Origin: Eledone cirrhosa
Lineage: Eukaryota
Length of the DNA stretch: 64,000 nt
NCBI GenBank assembly: GCA_964016885.1
Contig: OZ024745.1
Location: 25,110,001-25,174,000 of the forward strand
Direction: 5' to 3'
In this document: positions 34,774-47,035 of the stretch, piece by piece
Layout: each line of letters begins with the position of its first letter
Numbering within the stretch: the stretch's first letter is position 1
Translations under genes and position numbers: made by a program
Notes under the pieces: model-generated
What the model saw: the letters and a program-made list of their open reading frames with translations, nothing else
What the model was told of the DNA's origin: nothing
The model's database searches: none

Positions 34774-34824
34774 AGATTCCTGATGATTTCTAAAGAATGA
34801 AACAGTTCTAGTCCTGTAGAATCT
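34774..34824 (+). ncRNA. Type I hammerhead ribozyme with a complete stem III; predicted cleavage after GTA at 34818
   Basis: AGATTC-CTGATGA-T-TTC(TAAA)GAA-T-GAA-ACAG(TTCTAGTC)CTGT-A-GAATCT: all three stems pair. Confidence 0.8.
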
Positions 34825-35011
34825 CATCTATATTAAAACTTTTATACTCTGCTATGTATTGAGTATCTTACTTACTGTGGTTACCTCCGATTCAACCCAG
34901 AATAACGTATATATATATATATATATGTAGGAGGTGAGTTTTATTGTAGTACAATAAAGCAATGCAGATATCGGATAAGTAGCACTCTACAGTTTGTAGG
35001 ACTGGAGTATA

Positions 35012-35315
35012 AATAATATATAAGATCAAAAGATGGTTAAAAGAGTTCCATGTATTTTATTATGCGCATTTCAAAAACAAATATCATCATGCGATGACAT
35101 TTGCGTTTACATCAGATAAAATAGGGAGACATGATATGAAGGTTAAAAAACACTTGTGAATAGTGCAGTTTTAAATGTTTTTTAACCTTCATATCATGTC
35201 TCCCTATTTTATCTGATGAAAACGCAAATGTCATTGCATGATGATATTTGTTTTTGAAATGCGCATAATAAAATACATGGAACTCTTTTAACCATCTTTT
35301 GATCTTATATATTAT
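35012..35315. mobile_element. Fold-back element of another hammerhead-bearing family; a related copy at about 40290-40522
   Basis: 35012-35150 mirrors 35176-35315, and the same sequence recurs at 40292-40445. Confidence 0.8.
35205..35275 (+). ncRNA. Type I hammerhead ribozyme with a long stem II and palindromic stem III
   Basis: TATTTTAT-CTGATGA-[AAAC GCAAATGTCA...TGATATTTG TTTTT]-GAAA-TGCGCAT-A-ATAAAATA. The mirror copy at 35053-35122(-) carries a core change (CTGATGT). Confidence 0.72.
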
Positions 35316-35680
35316 ATATATATATGTGTGTGTGTGTGTGCGCGTGTCTGGTTTGATGATCATGCGAGCACCCATGTGAATAACTAAATATCTATATTCA
35401 TGTCTGTTTATATTTACTGTTTATTTATTTCCTGTAACTTGGTGGTTCAAAAAAAAAAAGTGATCAATAAAATAAATTATTACATTTGCAAAAATAAATA
35501 CTGAGGTCAGTATGATTGATAAAACATCTTCATGGTGGTGCTACAATCTAATGATTGAAAACCAATAATAAAAATAAAATAAAAATATTAATTACAATTT
35601 GTTTTTGTCACATACCATATATGCTTGAATATAAGCTGAGGAATATGTGTCCAAAAAGTCGATGGTAAAATGGGATGATT

Positions 35681-35935
35681 GGCTTATATTCAGGTCGGCT
35701 TGTATTCGAGTCGGTTTATATTCGAGATGGTTTACATTCAGGTCGGCTTATGTTCGAGTTGACTTATATTCAGGTCGACTTATATTCGAGTTGGTTTATA
35801 TTCAAGTTGGCTTATATTCAAGTTGGTTTATATTCAAGTTGGTTTATATTTAAGTTGGCTTATATTTGAGTCGACTTATATTTGAATCAGCATATATTCA
35901 AGTAAACTTATATTCAAGTCAGTTTATATTCGATT
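35681..35935. repeat. 16-bp minisatellite (about 16 copies) inside a Tc2-like MITE
   Basis: Unit GGCTTATATTCGAGTC, the same sequence as the subterminal part of the MITE TIR. Confidence 0.88.
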
Positions 35936-37326
35936 TTATACAGTAATTGAAATAAAGTATTTTTTTCATAATGTTCTAACTGTAATATTATCTCAGTACT
36001 GATTTGATTCCATGAAATAATCCTTGGCATGTTTCTTTCAAATGTTATCTTTTAACTCTGTTTCCTCCACTATGACTATGATTTCTTAATTTTCATTCTA
36101 CTAAGTCCTGTGATTTAGTGTTAAATTACATTTTTCAGCCTATGGCATTCAAGACATCCGGGAGAGCTGAGTCACTGACGAGTGATTTCTCATCATTGGT
36201 GGTTTGCCTTACTGAAATATTAGATGATGTTCATGACAATGCTTGGCTATTCCAACGCCTTAGCCTTACTCTTACATGTGGTAATGCCATTAGAGTCTTG
36301 GCTTGCTTTGAACATTTTTAGAAGGCAACACCAATATTCCCTGTTGTAGTGTGTAATTCAGCGTGAAACATTTTCTCCAATTATTTTCTCTTTTTCTTGA
36401 CTTTTTTAAAAATAGATTTCTGTGTTTTGCATATCATAAACATTATATAAATTGATATATGCCTTTTTCTAGTTAACCTTTTTGATAGCAATCCATCCAA
36501 AACTGCCTATCATTATCATCATCATCATCATTTAACATCCATTTTCCATGCTTGCATGGGCTAGAAGGGCTGGTTGTCACGTTATTAGATAAGTCAAGTT
36601 CAGAGACCATTGCTTGCTCATATGGATCTGTATTTTGTCTTGGTTTCTATGGCTGGATGCCCTTCTTAACACCAACTACATTACAGTGTGGACTGGGGGC
36701 TTTTTATCGTGGCACCGAAATGACCAGTTTACAGGATGAACTGGGTGGTTTTTGTTGTGTCACCATCATAACCACATTACAGTGTGGACTGGGTCCTTTT
36801 TTTTCTCATATCACCATCTCGATTACCTTACAGGATGGATAGGGTTATGAAACAAAATCACTTATATTAAAGTGTTCCTATTTAAATTTAAATGTTCCAA
36901 CCTTTGTTAAGTTATGTTACAAATATCATCCCATAAATATTGAGCCTTAAAGTACAGTTAGAATTATTAGTTGAGATTGGATTACATCCATGGTGATACC
37001 GTTCTATTCAGATATAGATGGGAGGTGGCCAGTACTATAACAGCATGACAGTGGGTCAGAACTGAAAGAATCCATAATAGATCTGTGGTGGCATTTGTGA
37101 GGCTCACAAATCCGGAGCCAGCTGTGCTCCAGGGAAGCACCGATGCACAAGCACTCGCTGTTCAGCTGAGTGACAGTTGAAAGTAATGGTACTGTGTTGA
37201 GCCAGGTACTATTATGGTGTTGGGAGGCTGAGCGAAAATATGTCAGACGGTGCTGGTTGAGCTAGTTTACCTGCCTGTTTGAGGTCATGGTTAGTAAAGC
37301 CCTCTTAATTCTTAATCATTAATTAA

Positions 37327-37672
37327 CCCTTTAGCATTTACATTACATGTGGTTGCTGTTTATGAAGGGCATCCAGCCATAGAAAACCAGCCAGAAACAG
37401 ACCTATATGAGCGAGACATGGTCACTCGACCCAACTCGCCTCTAAATGGGATAAACCCGTCTAACCCATGCTAGCATGGAAGATGGACATTAAACAATGA
37501 TGATGATGATTACTCTATAAATACTATTGTATTTTCATGTAATATCGAATCTATGAGATGTTCATATTATTTATTTTGAGAACAATACTTTAACGTCAGG
37601 ATGAACAGCCAGTTTGAACAGTACGGGGTCAGAGAATTCTGACTGGATATGGATGGTTTAAATGCTAATGGG
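37327..37672. mobile_element. piggyBac-like MITE with TTAA flanks, interrupted by an RTE 3' tail
   Basis: TTAA-CCCTTTAGCATTTA...TAAATGCTAATGGG-TTAA; a related copy starts near 53296. Confidence 0.65.
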
Positions 37673-38391
37673 TTAATTCAAATACAATGTATTTCATCAG
37701 AAATATAGCAATGAAAGGGTTAACTGACTTTGCATTCTCTTATATTCTGATCAACAATTTCCTGTGATTGTCTTTAAGACTCTCAGTTAGGTTTAGAGTC
37801 CATTTATTCATGATCTATTAATGCATTCTATATAAATAATTTAATGTATAACACTATTAAGTGGGTGTTCAGTTTTGAAACTTCTGTTTATTCATATTCT
37901 CAAACAGTTTGTGTGTGTGTGTGTGAGAGAGAGAGGAGTAGAAAAATATAAACGTGTAAAGAACTTGAAAACGTTGTACTGGTTGACAATTATTGTGATT
38001 AACATAATCTTATTCTTTTACTAGTTTCAATCTTTACATTGTGGCCATGGCCATACTAGGATTCCACCTTGAATATTTTTTACTCAATCATATCAACTCC
38101 AGCATTAGCATTTGACATCTGTTTTTTTTTTTTCTTGCTGATATGTGTTGGATAGGTTTTTATGGACTAAGTCTGTACTTATTGTTCCCCAAGACCAGTT
38201 GAAGAACCATGTCTTACCTATGTATTCCATTTTTGGCATTGCCTCTATGGCTTGATGCTGTTCCTAACACTAACCAATTTACAGAATGTAGTGGGTAAAT
38301 TTTACTATGGCATCAGTAGTAGAAAGGTATCATGTCTGTGATGTAACTGCTGTGTCCTTGGTAACCTATGTGATTGTCATTTAGTTGCCAA

Positions 38392-38758
38392 CTACTCTCA
38401 GGTCTTAAATAATCGTCCCCTCCCCCACTTATTCATTTTTCCGATCATTGCCCCTGCCCCACTTATTAAATTTTGCTAAGCTGTCTCCAGCAAAATTTTA
38501 TTGTAAGTGATTCATATAGATACAGCAGCTGGAGAATCTAATGATAATTTTATTTTACATTAAAAAACCTTTATATATAACAAAAAAAGAACATTACAAG
38601 AAATTCCATATTTACGAATGTACACTATACAATTACTGATTTCTTAACCCCTTCCCCACACACACCCCGTTTATTCCAACCTCCCCACTTATAAGAATTT
38701 AAGCAAATGGCCAATACCCTTGCTTACCCCCCCCCCTATTATTTGGGACCCGTAAGTA
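38392..38758. mobile_element. Old MITE with imperfect TIRs
   Basis: TACTCTCAGGTCTTAAATAAT and ATTATTTGGGACCCGTAAGTA, with internal CCCCCACTTATT repeats. Confidence 0.45.
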
Positions 38759-40331
38759 CTTTGTAGTGTATACTAAGTATATTTCGTTGCAACATCAACT
38801 CCTGAGAGATTGTCCTCTCTCTACATCACATAGTTTCTGTTCTTTCAAGGCATTTGTGTCCATTCCAGTAGAGAACTTGATTTCCAAAATTTCCAAATAG
38901 AAACCCATTAAAAAATATGAAATATGAAAAAAAAACACATTCCATGAATTAGGAAACAAAGAAAACATCTGAAATTCTCCAGAAATTTGAGATTTTTCTG
39001 ACAAATTTGTTATTGTATGAATGTTGATAAATTCTTATCATTCCTTGATTTATGAAGCCACATTTGGCAAAAGTGACATTAAATAGTGATGATGATGATG
39101 ATGGTGAGTGAAATTGTGTGTGTGTACACACATATATACTGTATATATACTCGAGTAATAGTCATCTCATGTAAAAGCTGACCCTCTATTTTTGGCCAAA
39201 ATATGTGGCATTTTCCATAGACCTCATATAGTATTTCACAGATAGCAGGTCAACATTTGTAGAATCATGAATTTAAGGCAAATTTCTATTATTGCAAATA
39301 CATGTCTGAAACTAAAAATTTACCCGAATGTGTGCCAAAGGTTTTTAATGATACCAGTAAAAGAGCAAATGTAATTATTTATGAGAGCTACATGGCCTTG
39401 ATATGGATATTGTTATTTACTAGAATGTGTGTTTTGGTAGATAGAATCGGTAGTATTACTGTAATTCATTGTGTTTTTTTGTTTCTATTCATTTAGTGAC
39501 CAGTTGGGCTTCTGCTACTGATACGATACTTTGGATTCTAGTTTGAATTTCAAGCTCCTCAAAAATAGTATCCATGTAATAGTTGACTCCATAAATTTAA
39601 CCATAAAAAATTGTCTAAAAAATTTGACTTTTACATGAGTATATACTGTATATTTATACTCACACATGCACACACACACACACTATATGTGTATGATGAC
39701 TATCCACTCGTGACAGAAGACCCTCACTGACTATCAAAGGGAATTGTAATTTTGACAGTGGCTCTTTTAGTCCAACAGATTCCTACGTGTCTTTTAGCAA
39801 ACTTTACAAACAAAGCTGCTTATGTCTACATCACTATGTTCAAGTATAATCTGATGTATAGCTCTGTGTCTTTGTAACCCTCCAATAGATTTGTAGACCT
39901 TCTCACATAAACCATAAACTGCATGTTACACCATCTATTGTCGGGAACCTACCGTGTGTGTGTGTCTATATATATATATACTATAAAATAGGGTGAAGAC
40001 CCTTAAAAAAACGGACAGAAGAAGTTACCATTGGCCACTATGAAGTATATCTCCCAGATAGCAACTTCTTTTTTCCATCTTTTAATTAGTTTTCACCCTA
40101 TATTATAAGATATTTTGTAGCATCTATGTACTCAATACAGTTTGAACCTTGCAATAAAAATGCATTAAGCCTTATGACTCACCCAGTACATAAATATATA
40201 TTATTTATTATTATCATTTAACGTCCAGTTTCCCAGCTAACAAGAGTTGGCTGGGCCTGTGGAAAGCAGAAGTTAAAATGACAATGATGATATATAATAT
40301 AAGATCAAAAGATGGTTAAAAGAGTTCCAAG

Positions 40332-40402
40332 TATTTTATTATGCGCATTTCAAAAACAAATATCATCATGGGATGATATCTGCGTTCTCATCAGATAAAA
40401 TA
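40332..40402 (-). ncRNA. Type I hammerhead ribozyme, same family as 35205-35275, core intact
   Basis: The minus strand reads TATTTTAT-CTGATGA-GAACGCAGATATCATC...GATATTTGTTTTT-GAAA-TGCGCAT-A-ATAAAATA. Confidence 0.7.
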
Positions 40403-40518
40403 GGGAGACATGATATGAAGCTTAAAAAACACTTGTGAGCAGTGAAGTTTTAAATCAACATATCAATATTTCGATATTTGCATTGCTTTATTGTGCTACA
40501 ATAAAACTCACCCCCTAC

Positions 40519-40597
<79 letters not shown>

Positions 40598-40599
40598 CC

Positions 40600-42361
40600 T
40601 TTTACCTTATGAGACATCTCTAGAAGTACTTAACTAAGAGTAAGCATCTCTACTTAGCATTTTCTGACCTAGAGAAAGCTTTTGATATTATACCTCACAT
40701 GATCTAGTGGGCTGGTAGGAAACTAGGGGGTAGATAAATGTCTTGTGAGTACCATATAGACCATGTACAAAGGTGCAGTCATGAAGGTTAGAGTTAACAA
40801 TGAATACAGTGATCAATTTCAATTGCCTTTCTGTTTATTATTGTCCTTCAGGTTATAATGGAGTTTCTGACAGGCTTCCCATGGGAATTACTATAGGTAG
40901 CCTACTTCTCAGAGTTGATTCTGTGGCAGGATTAGAACAGAAGACAAGTTCCATTTATATATATATAGAGATTTATTATTTCCCTTCAGGCTATAACAGA
41001 GGAGTTCAAGACCGGCTGCCCATGGGAACTTCAATATGCAGATGATCTAACGCTCATAGTTGAATCAATGGCTGAACTAGAGAAGAAATTCCAAACATGG
41101 AAGAGTGGCCTAGAATCAAAAGGCCTTAAAATTAACTTGTCTAAGACTAAAGTTCTAGTATGTAGGAAGGAAAATAGGGCACTGGTCCCCTCTGGGAAAT
41201 GGCCATGCTCAGTGTGTAGGAAAGGAGTAGGCAAAAATTCCATTTTATGTCCCAAATGCAAAGTATGGGTGCATAAAAGATGTAGTGGGATCACAGGTAT
41301 GCTAACTAAGAACATAGATTTTATATGTGGCCGGTGCTCAGGTGCAATAAGTAGCAAGTGCCCACAGGATACTAGCTCCTTCTATTGCCCAGATGGTTCT
41401 ATAGAAATAGTGGACACCTTCCATTACTTGGGTGACAAAATCAGCAGTGGTGGTGGGTGCGCTGAAAGTAGAGTAGCCAGAGTCAGAACGGGATGGAAAA
41501 AGTTCAGACAGCTTATACCACTATTGGCCACTAAAGGTTTCTCTCTAAAAATGAAAGGCAGACTGTATGATGCCTGCATGCGAACAGCAATGTTACATGG
41601 CAGTGAGACATAGGCATTGTGTGCAGAGGATCTACGCAGACTGGAGAGGAATGAAGCATGCATGCTCCGTTGGATGTGTAATAGTAATATATGTGAATGG
41701 CAAAGCATAAATGAACTAAGTGAGAAATTAGGAATAAGAGGGATCAGACGCTGTTTACTCGAGAGAAGACTGCGTTGGTATGGTCATGTGATGCGCATGA
41801 AAGACGACAGCTTTATAAAAAAGTGCAGGGCGATAAAAATAGACGGTAGCCACGGAGTAGGCAGACCCAGAAAAATCTGGGACGACTTGATAAATTCCGA
41901 CCTCACACACTTACACCTCTCCAAGACAATGTCACTGGACCGAGATCTTTGGCACTACGCAGTAACACAGAAGACCCGCCTTGCCTATGTACAAAGCGAA
42001 ACCTACAGTCAGTAGGCACTTCTTAACCAAATATACCCCCCCCCCACCGCCATCAACACCACCCCTTTCTCTGTTAAGTTATGTTGGTACCACAACATCC
42101 AGTCCTAAATAAATGAGGTTGTGTAGGAGTCACGACAAAAAAACACACAGTCCACGCTGTAATGTGGCCGTGTAGGTAACACGGTAAAAACCTCCCAGTC
42201 CACACTGTAAACGTGGTTGGTGTTAGGAAGGGCATCCAGCCGTAGAAAACCTGCCAGACAGTCCTATACGAGTGAGACAATCAATCTTGCCTCAAGTGGG
42301 ACAATTCCCATCTAAACCAATGATAGCATGGAAGATAGACGTTAAACGATGATGATGATGA
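40600..42361 (+). mobile_element. Old RTE RT fragment (40600-40950) followed by a 5'-truncated RTE family A copy (40972-42361) ending 28 bp before ZIP11 exon 2
   Basis: YADD, PHD finger, thumb with an internal TAG at 41611-41613, 3' UTR and (ATG)n tail; collinear with 32143-33545. Confidence 0.9.
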
Positions 42362-42389
42362 TTTTTAAAATGCCTGTTTTTTTTTTCAG

Positions 42390-42428
42390 CGGAGAATTCT
42401 TGATGGCAGTTTAGGTTTTGCTGCAGGG
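42390..42428 (+). CDS. SLC39A11: ZIP11 coding exon 2 (39 nt)
   Basis: T-tract plus CAG acceptor; RRILDGSLGFAAG; GTAAGT donor; follows a 16-kb intron. Confidence 0.92.
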
Positions 42429-42458
42429 GTAAGTGATTTTTATTTATTTGCTGCTGCT

Positions 42459-42492
<34 letters not shown>

Positions 42493-42833
42493 GGAGTGAA
42501 GAAGGTATCCTCTTACCAAAATCCTGATCTGAAGGCTTGCAACAGGGTGGACCCTGCTAAAGACATCCAAGGACCTAATGGTAGTGTTAAACTCAGTGAC
42601 TGGTTTTAAGTTTATCACCCAAGTTGGCAGCAGCAGAGTTTGAACTCAGAATGCAATGAGTGTGAACAAATACAAAACATATCTCTTCTGATGCTCTACC
42701 ATTCCTTAACCACCAGCTTATACTTTATTGACCCTGAAAAGATGAAAGGTGAATTTGATCTGAGCAAAGTTTGAAATCAATGTGCACAAAGCCAGAACTA
42801 ATACAGCAAATCATTTTGTTCTACACTCTCATG

Positions 42834-43182
42834 CAGCGTTTCTCAACCATTTTATCCTCATGGAACCGTAGGGTTCCACAAAAGTTCGCTAGGGGTTCTG
42901 TGAGAAACAATGATAAATAAGCTAATATGTGGTCTCATAAAGGAGCTGTATGTTGTTTTTAATTTTTTTCCATTGCCAATAAATTTAACAAAAAAGGGGA
43001 TAATGTTTTCCTTAAACCAGTTATCTGAAAAAAAGGTATTATGTTTACCACGTGAACTATGATACAAAATATAAAAGAGATAAATATTAATAATGGTATA
43101 TAATAATTTTTATGTAGGGGTTCCCTGAGACATGAAAATTATTTCAAGGGTTCCACGAAAGTAAAAAGGTTGAGAAACGCTG
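42834..43182. mobile_element. hAT-type MITE with an 8-bp TSD, inserted in a SINE remnant
   Basis: TIR CAGCGTTTCTCAACC / GGTTGAGAAACGCTG; flanks CTCTCATG (42826-42833) and CTCTAATG (43183-43190). Confidence 0.88.
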
Positions 43183-44746
43183 CTCTAATGACTCAAACAA
43201 TTTGCTGTCTAATTGTATACATACATACAATTACTTTTTTTTATGGTTCCTTAGTACATCTCAGAACCTAAGTTGTAGTAAACTGAGCCCTATTGCTGGT
43301 TGCAGTTGTAGGGTGGGTGGTGGTAGCATTGGATGACACTGCTCCACCCACATCCCTATTTTTCAATGATGATGTGCTTTTTCCGAACCCCTGGGTGGGC
43401 ACTCCAGTTATTTTAAATTGGCGTGCCCACCCAGAATACTCAGAGGCCTCCCATCCCAAGCACCAAAGCCTGGCAAAAGACTTCTAGTAAACTATTTATG
43501 TGTCGTTACTTACAGCTATTGGAATCTCATAAAGGCACCTTTAAAATTAGAATGAAATTAATCAGTGCTAATCCTGAAATGACTTAACCCTTTCATGACA
43601 ATATTTCTAATGAAATATTCTCTATTTCAATTGAAATGACTTAACCCTTCCATGACCATATTTCTAATGAAATATACCCTATTTCAATTAATTTCTTTTT
43701 TTTTTTGAGGATGATGAATTATTTTATTTCAAAATACTCAAATATATTCCTTGGATAAAATTACAATAATAAAGAATTTAATATTTAGTCAAACATATAG
43801 AAAAAGAATACATGGGAAAGGACTATAAATGCTATAAGTGAGAGGAAAGGGAGGGAAAGAGCAAGGATTATTAGATAACGAAAGAAAAGAGGAAGGGAGA
43901 AGGTGACAGACTCTACACCTAAGTCTGAGCAGTGTTTCGGCTGTGCCCTGTAGACAAAATGGCAAAGACATTTCTGCAGACAATGGCCAGCGATGCTTGT
44001 TGCAATGAATAATTTTGAGAGATTTACTAAAATTATAAATTATATCATTACCAAGATAGTAACTTAATGTAAGGTTTTTATATAAATTATGCTGGAAAAT
44101 CAGTTTTCACCTTTAAAATTGGTGGTTTTGTTTCGTAGATTCAGGGTCTGTTATCTTTTTTATGGGAGATAACTCCCAGTGACAGTTGGCTGTTTTAGGA
44201 TATTTAATTGAAAAGTATGCACCCTCAAAACTTAAGAGAATATTTGAATTGACAAACCCTAAGAAGATTGGAAATTTTCTTTTTGAAATTCAATCGAGTT
44301 TCTTTTTAAATATTAAAATATATATATATATATATATTTTAGAATTTTGTCAATCTAATAGATATTAGTTGACAAATTCTCTCTTGGGAGGGAGCCCTGG
44401 GAGATGGAGTGGTTGTTGCAGCAAGTAACTCTGACCATTCTCCATGGTAACACTTTTTCTGTCTTGTCCATAGGACGTGGCTGAGGCACTGCTCAGACTG
44501 GGGGGTAGTGATTGCCCCTCCTCCTCTGCCTTTCTTTTGCTGCTTGATCCTTCTTTCTTTTTCTCCTTTCTATTTTATTTTTTCTTCTTCCTTTTCTGTT
44601 CCCTTTAGTAGTGTGTTCTTTGTTTTTATTAGATACTGCTCAGTTATTTTTATATAATGTCAATGGTCTTTCATGACATGATGAGATTAGTATATTGAAT
44701 AAATTCTCTCTTACCTGTTTAAAATAATTTTGTGTGTATTTTGAAG

Positions 44747-44914
44747 GTAATGACTGCTGCATCCTATTGGTCATTGTTAGATCCAGCTGTGGAAACTGCC
44801 CGGTTATCTGGTGTATATGGAGAAGAAGGACAATATGCTTTTATACCTGTGACGATTGGTTTTGTTTTAGGCTCATTATTTGTTTGTCTAGCTGATGTTT
44901 TAATTTCTAATACG
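44747..44914 (+). CDS. SLC39A11: ZIP11 coding exon 3
   Basis: VMTAASYWSLLDPAVE...FAFIPV-like TM segment...FVCLADVLISNT; AAG acceptor; GTAAGG donor. Confidence 0.92.
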
Positions 44915-46136
44915 GTAAGGAAAACATTTTTCAGATTGTTGATGTTTTTATATCATCATCATCATCATTATCATTAATTTTATATCTGACTCTTGTTGGC
45001 ATGGTTTGGGTGAGATTTCTTTTAAGGTTCATGATTTCACCCACCATAAGAACCATCCAATCTATGCCAGGCCAATCCAATCCATAAAAGACCCACCCAA
45101 TCCATGAAAGACAATCCAATCCATACAGAATTCATCCAATTTATGCAGGACCCACTCAATCCATGCAAGACCCACCCAATACATGCAAGATCCACACAAT
45201 CTATGTCACCATAGAAAAGCAAACATAAAATTATGATGACAATTGTGTGTGTGTGTGCATGTGTGGTGTTTTGTATATTTTCTAAATATACTGTATATAA
45301 GGGGTCCCCAACCTTTTGGGTCCGCGTGCCGGATAGCCATGCAGCGGTGGCTCTGCGGGCCGGATGCGCAATTAATACTACTTATATACCATCTCCCTCA
45401 TCCCTCCCTGCGCCTCATCCTTCCCACCCACCAAACGCAATCCAAAACTTCAGAGTTGGTACCATGAATGTAGGCACCTTAAAAGGTCGCTCTAACGAGG
45501 TTGTAGAGATGCTTGTATGTAAGGAAGTTGATGTTTGCTGTATTCAAGAGACCAGGTGGAGGGGTGGATCTGCTAGATTCATTGTGGGTAAAAAATGATG
45601 CTATAAACTTTTCTGGGTGGGAAATGACAATGGGCTGGGTGGAGTAGGAATCATGCTAGCAGAAAATGGGCAGATAAGATAATAGACGTAAATAGAGTGA
45701 ACGACAGAATAATTAAAATAAGACTTGTCCTAAATAGAACTACTGTGTCAATAATATCCGCGTATGCACCCCAATCCGGACTGCCTGGCGTTATAAAAGA
45801 CAGATTCTATGAGTCGCTAATGCTCACTACCTCCCAAATAACCGACAGTGACTACATAATTATTGCTGGCGACCTAAATGGTCACATTGGACAACATTGT
45901 GACGGCTATGATGGAATCCATGGAGGCTATGGGTTTGGTACTAGAAATGAGGAAGGCTCCAGAATCCTGGAATTCTGTGACGCAAATAACCTAACTATCT
46001 GTAACACTAACTTCAAAAATGAGACAATCACTTGATCACCTATAGATCTGGGGAACACGCCAGTCAGATAGATTATATCCTTACCAGAAGACGTGACAGT
46101 GTCTGTTGTAAACACTAAATCCCTCCCCCATGAAGA

Positions 46137-46631
46137 ATGGAAACTGTTCAGAGACGTGCGACCAAGCGAATACCCTCCATCAGGCATCTACCATACTCTG
46201 AGCGCCTTGCTTCCCTGGGCATGGATTCATTGAAGCTCCGACGCCTGGCAACTGACTTGGTAAACACCCACAAAATTGTTAACCATGTTGCCAACAACAA
46301 CCCTGAGTGCCTTTTCGATTTCCATGTGTCTAACACACGTGGACATGCCCACAAAGTAAGAAAACAGCACAGTTCCCATGACTTTCGGAAACATTTTTTC
46401 ACGCTCAGAGTTGCTGAAGCATGGAACAAACTACCTGCATCAGTTGTTAGCTGTCGAGACACTGCATCCTTTAAGGCCTCCATGCTTCCCGAGATCCGCC
46501 AACACTACAGCTAACACATACAAACATGTACTTCCCTGGCATTTGTGTATTATTCTATGTACTATATTGACGAGTTGTAGTGCACCTGAGCACTTTACAC
46601 AATAATTTCATTATTATTATTATTATTATTA
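46137..46631 (+). mobile_element. CR1-group LINE 3' fragment with an (ATT)n tail; shorter pieces at about 18435-18530 and 59497-59800
   Basis: ETVQRRATK...YSERLASLG...RRLATDL...TRGHAHK...RKHFFTLRVAEAWNKLP is the CR1 ORF2 C-terminal signature. Confidence 0.87.
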
Positions 46632-47035
46632 TTTTTTTTATGTATAAATGTATAAAGAAACAGTCAGCAAGGTTAGAATTAACAACGAATATAGTGAAGA
46701 GTTTAGCGTAAAAAGTTGGTGTTCATCCTTAGCCCCCTCCTATTTATTATTGCCCTTCAGGCTATAACAGAGGAGTTCAAGACCGGCTGCCCATGGGAAC
46801 TTCTATACGCAGATGATCTAACGCTCATAGTTGAATCAATGGCTGAACTAGAGAAGAAATTCCAAACATGGAAGAGTGGCCTAGAATCAAAAGGCCTTAA
46901 AATTAACTTGTCTAAGACTAAAGTTCTAGTATGTAGGAAGGAAAATAGGGCACTGGTCCCCTCTGGGAAATGGCCATGCTCAGTGTGTAGGAAAGGAGTA
47001 GGCGGAAACTCCATTTTATGTCCCAAATGCAAAGT

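Larger units (their letters stand above)
34344..34905. mobile_element. Penelope-like fold-back element with a hammerhead in each arm
   Basis: 34344-34567 is the reverse complement of about 34617-34841. The spacer duplicates 34420-34467. Flanked by (TA)n. Confidence 0.8.

Noticed and set aside
35681-35935. CRISPR-like look of the regular repeat arrays (also 6690-7060, 16857-17420, 63140-63495)
   Set aside because: The units are contiguous with no unique spacers, there are no cas genes, and the DNA is eukaryotic.
45081-45215. Short degenerate CCAATCCATG tandem repeat (about 45050-45215) giving Trp/Gly-rich minus-strand ORFs
   Set aside because: A low-complexity intronic repeat with no splice or homology support.
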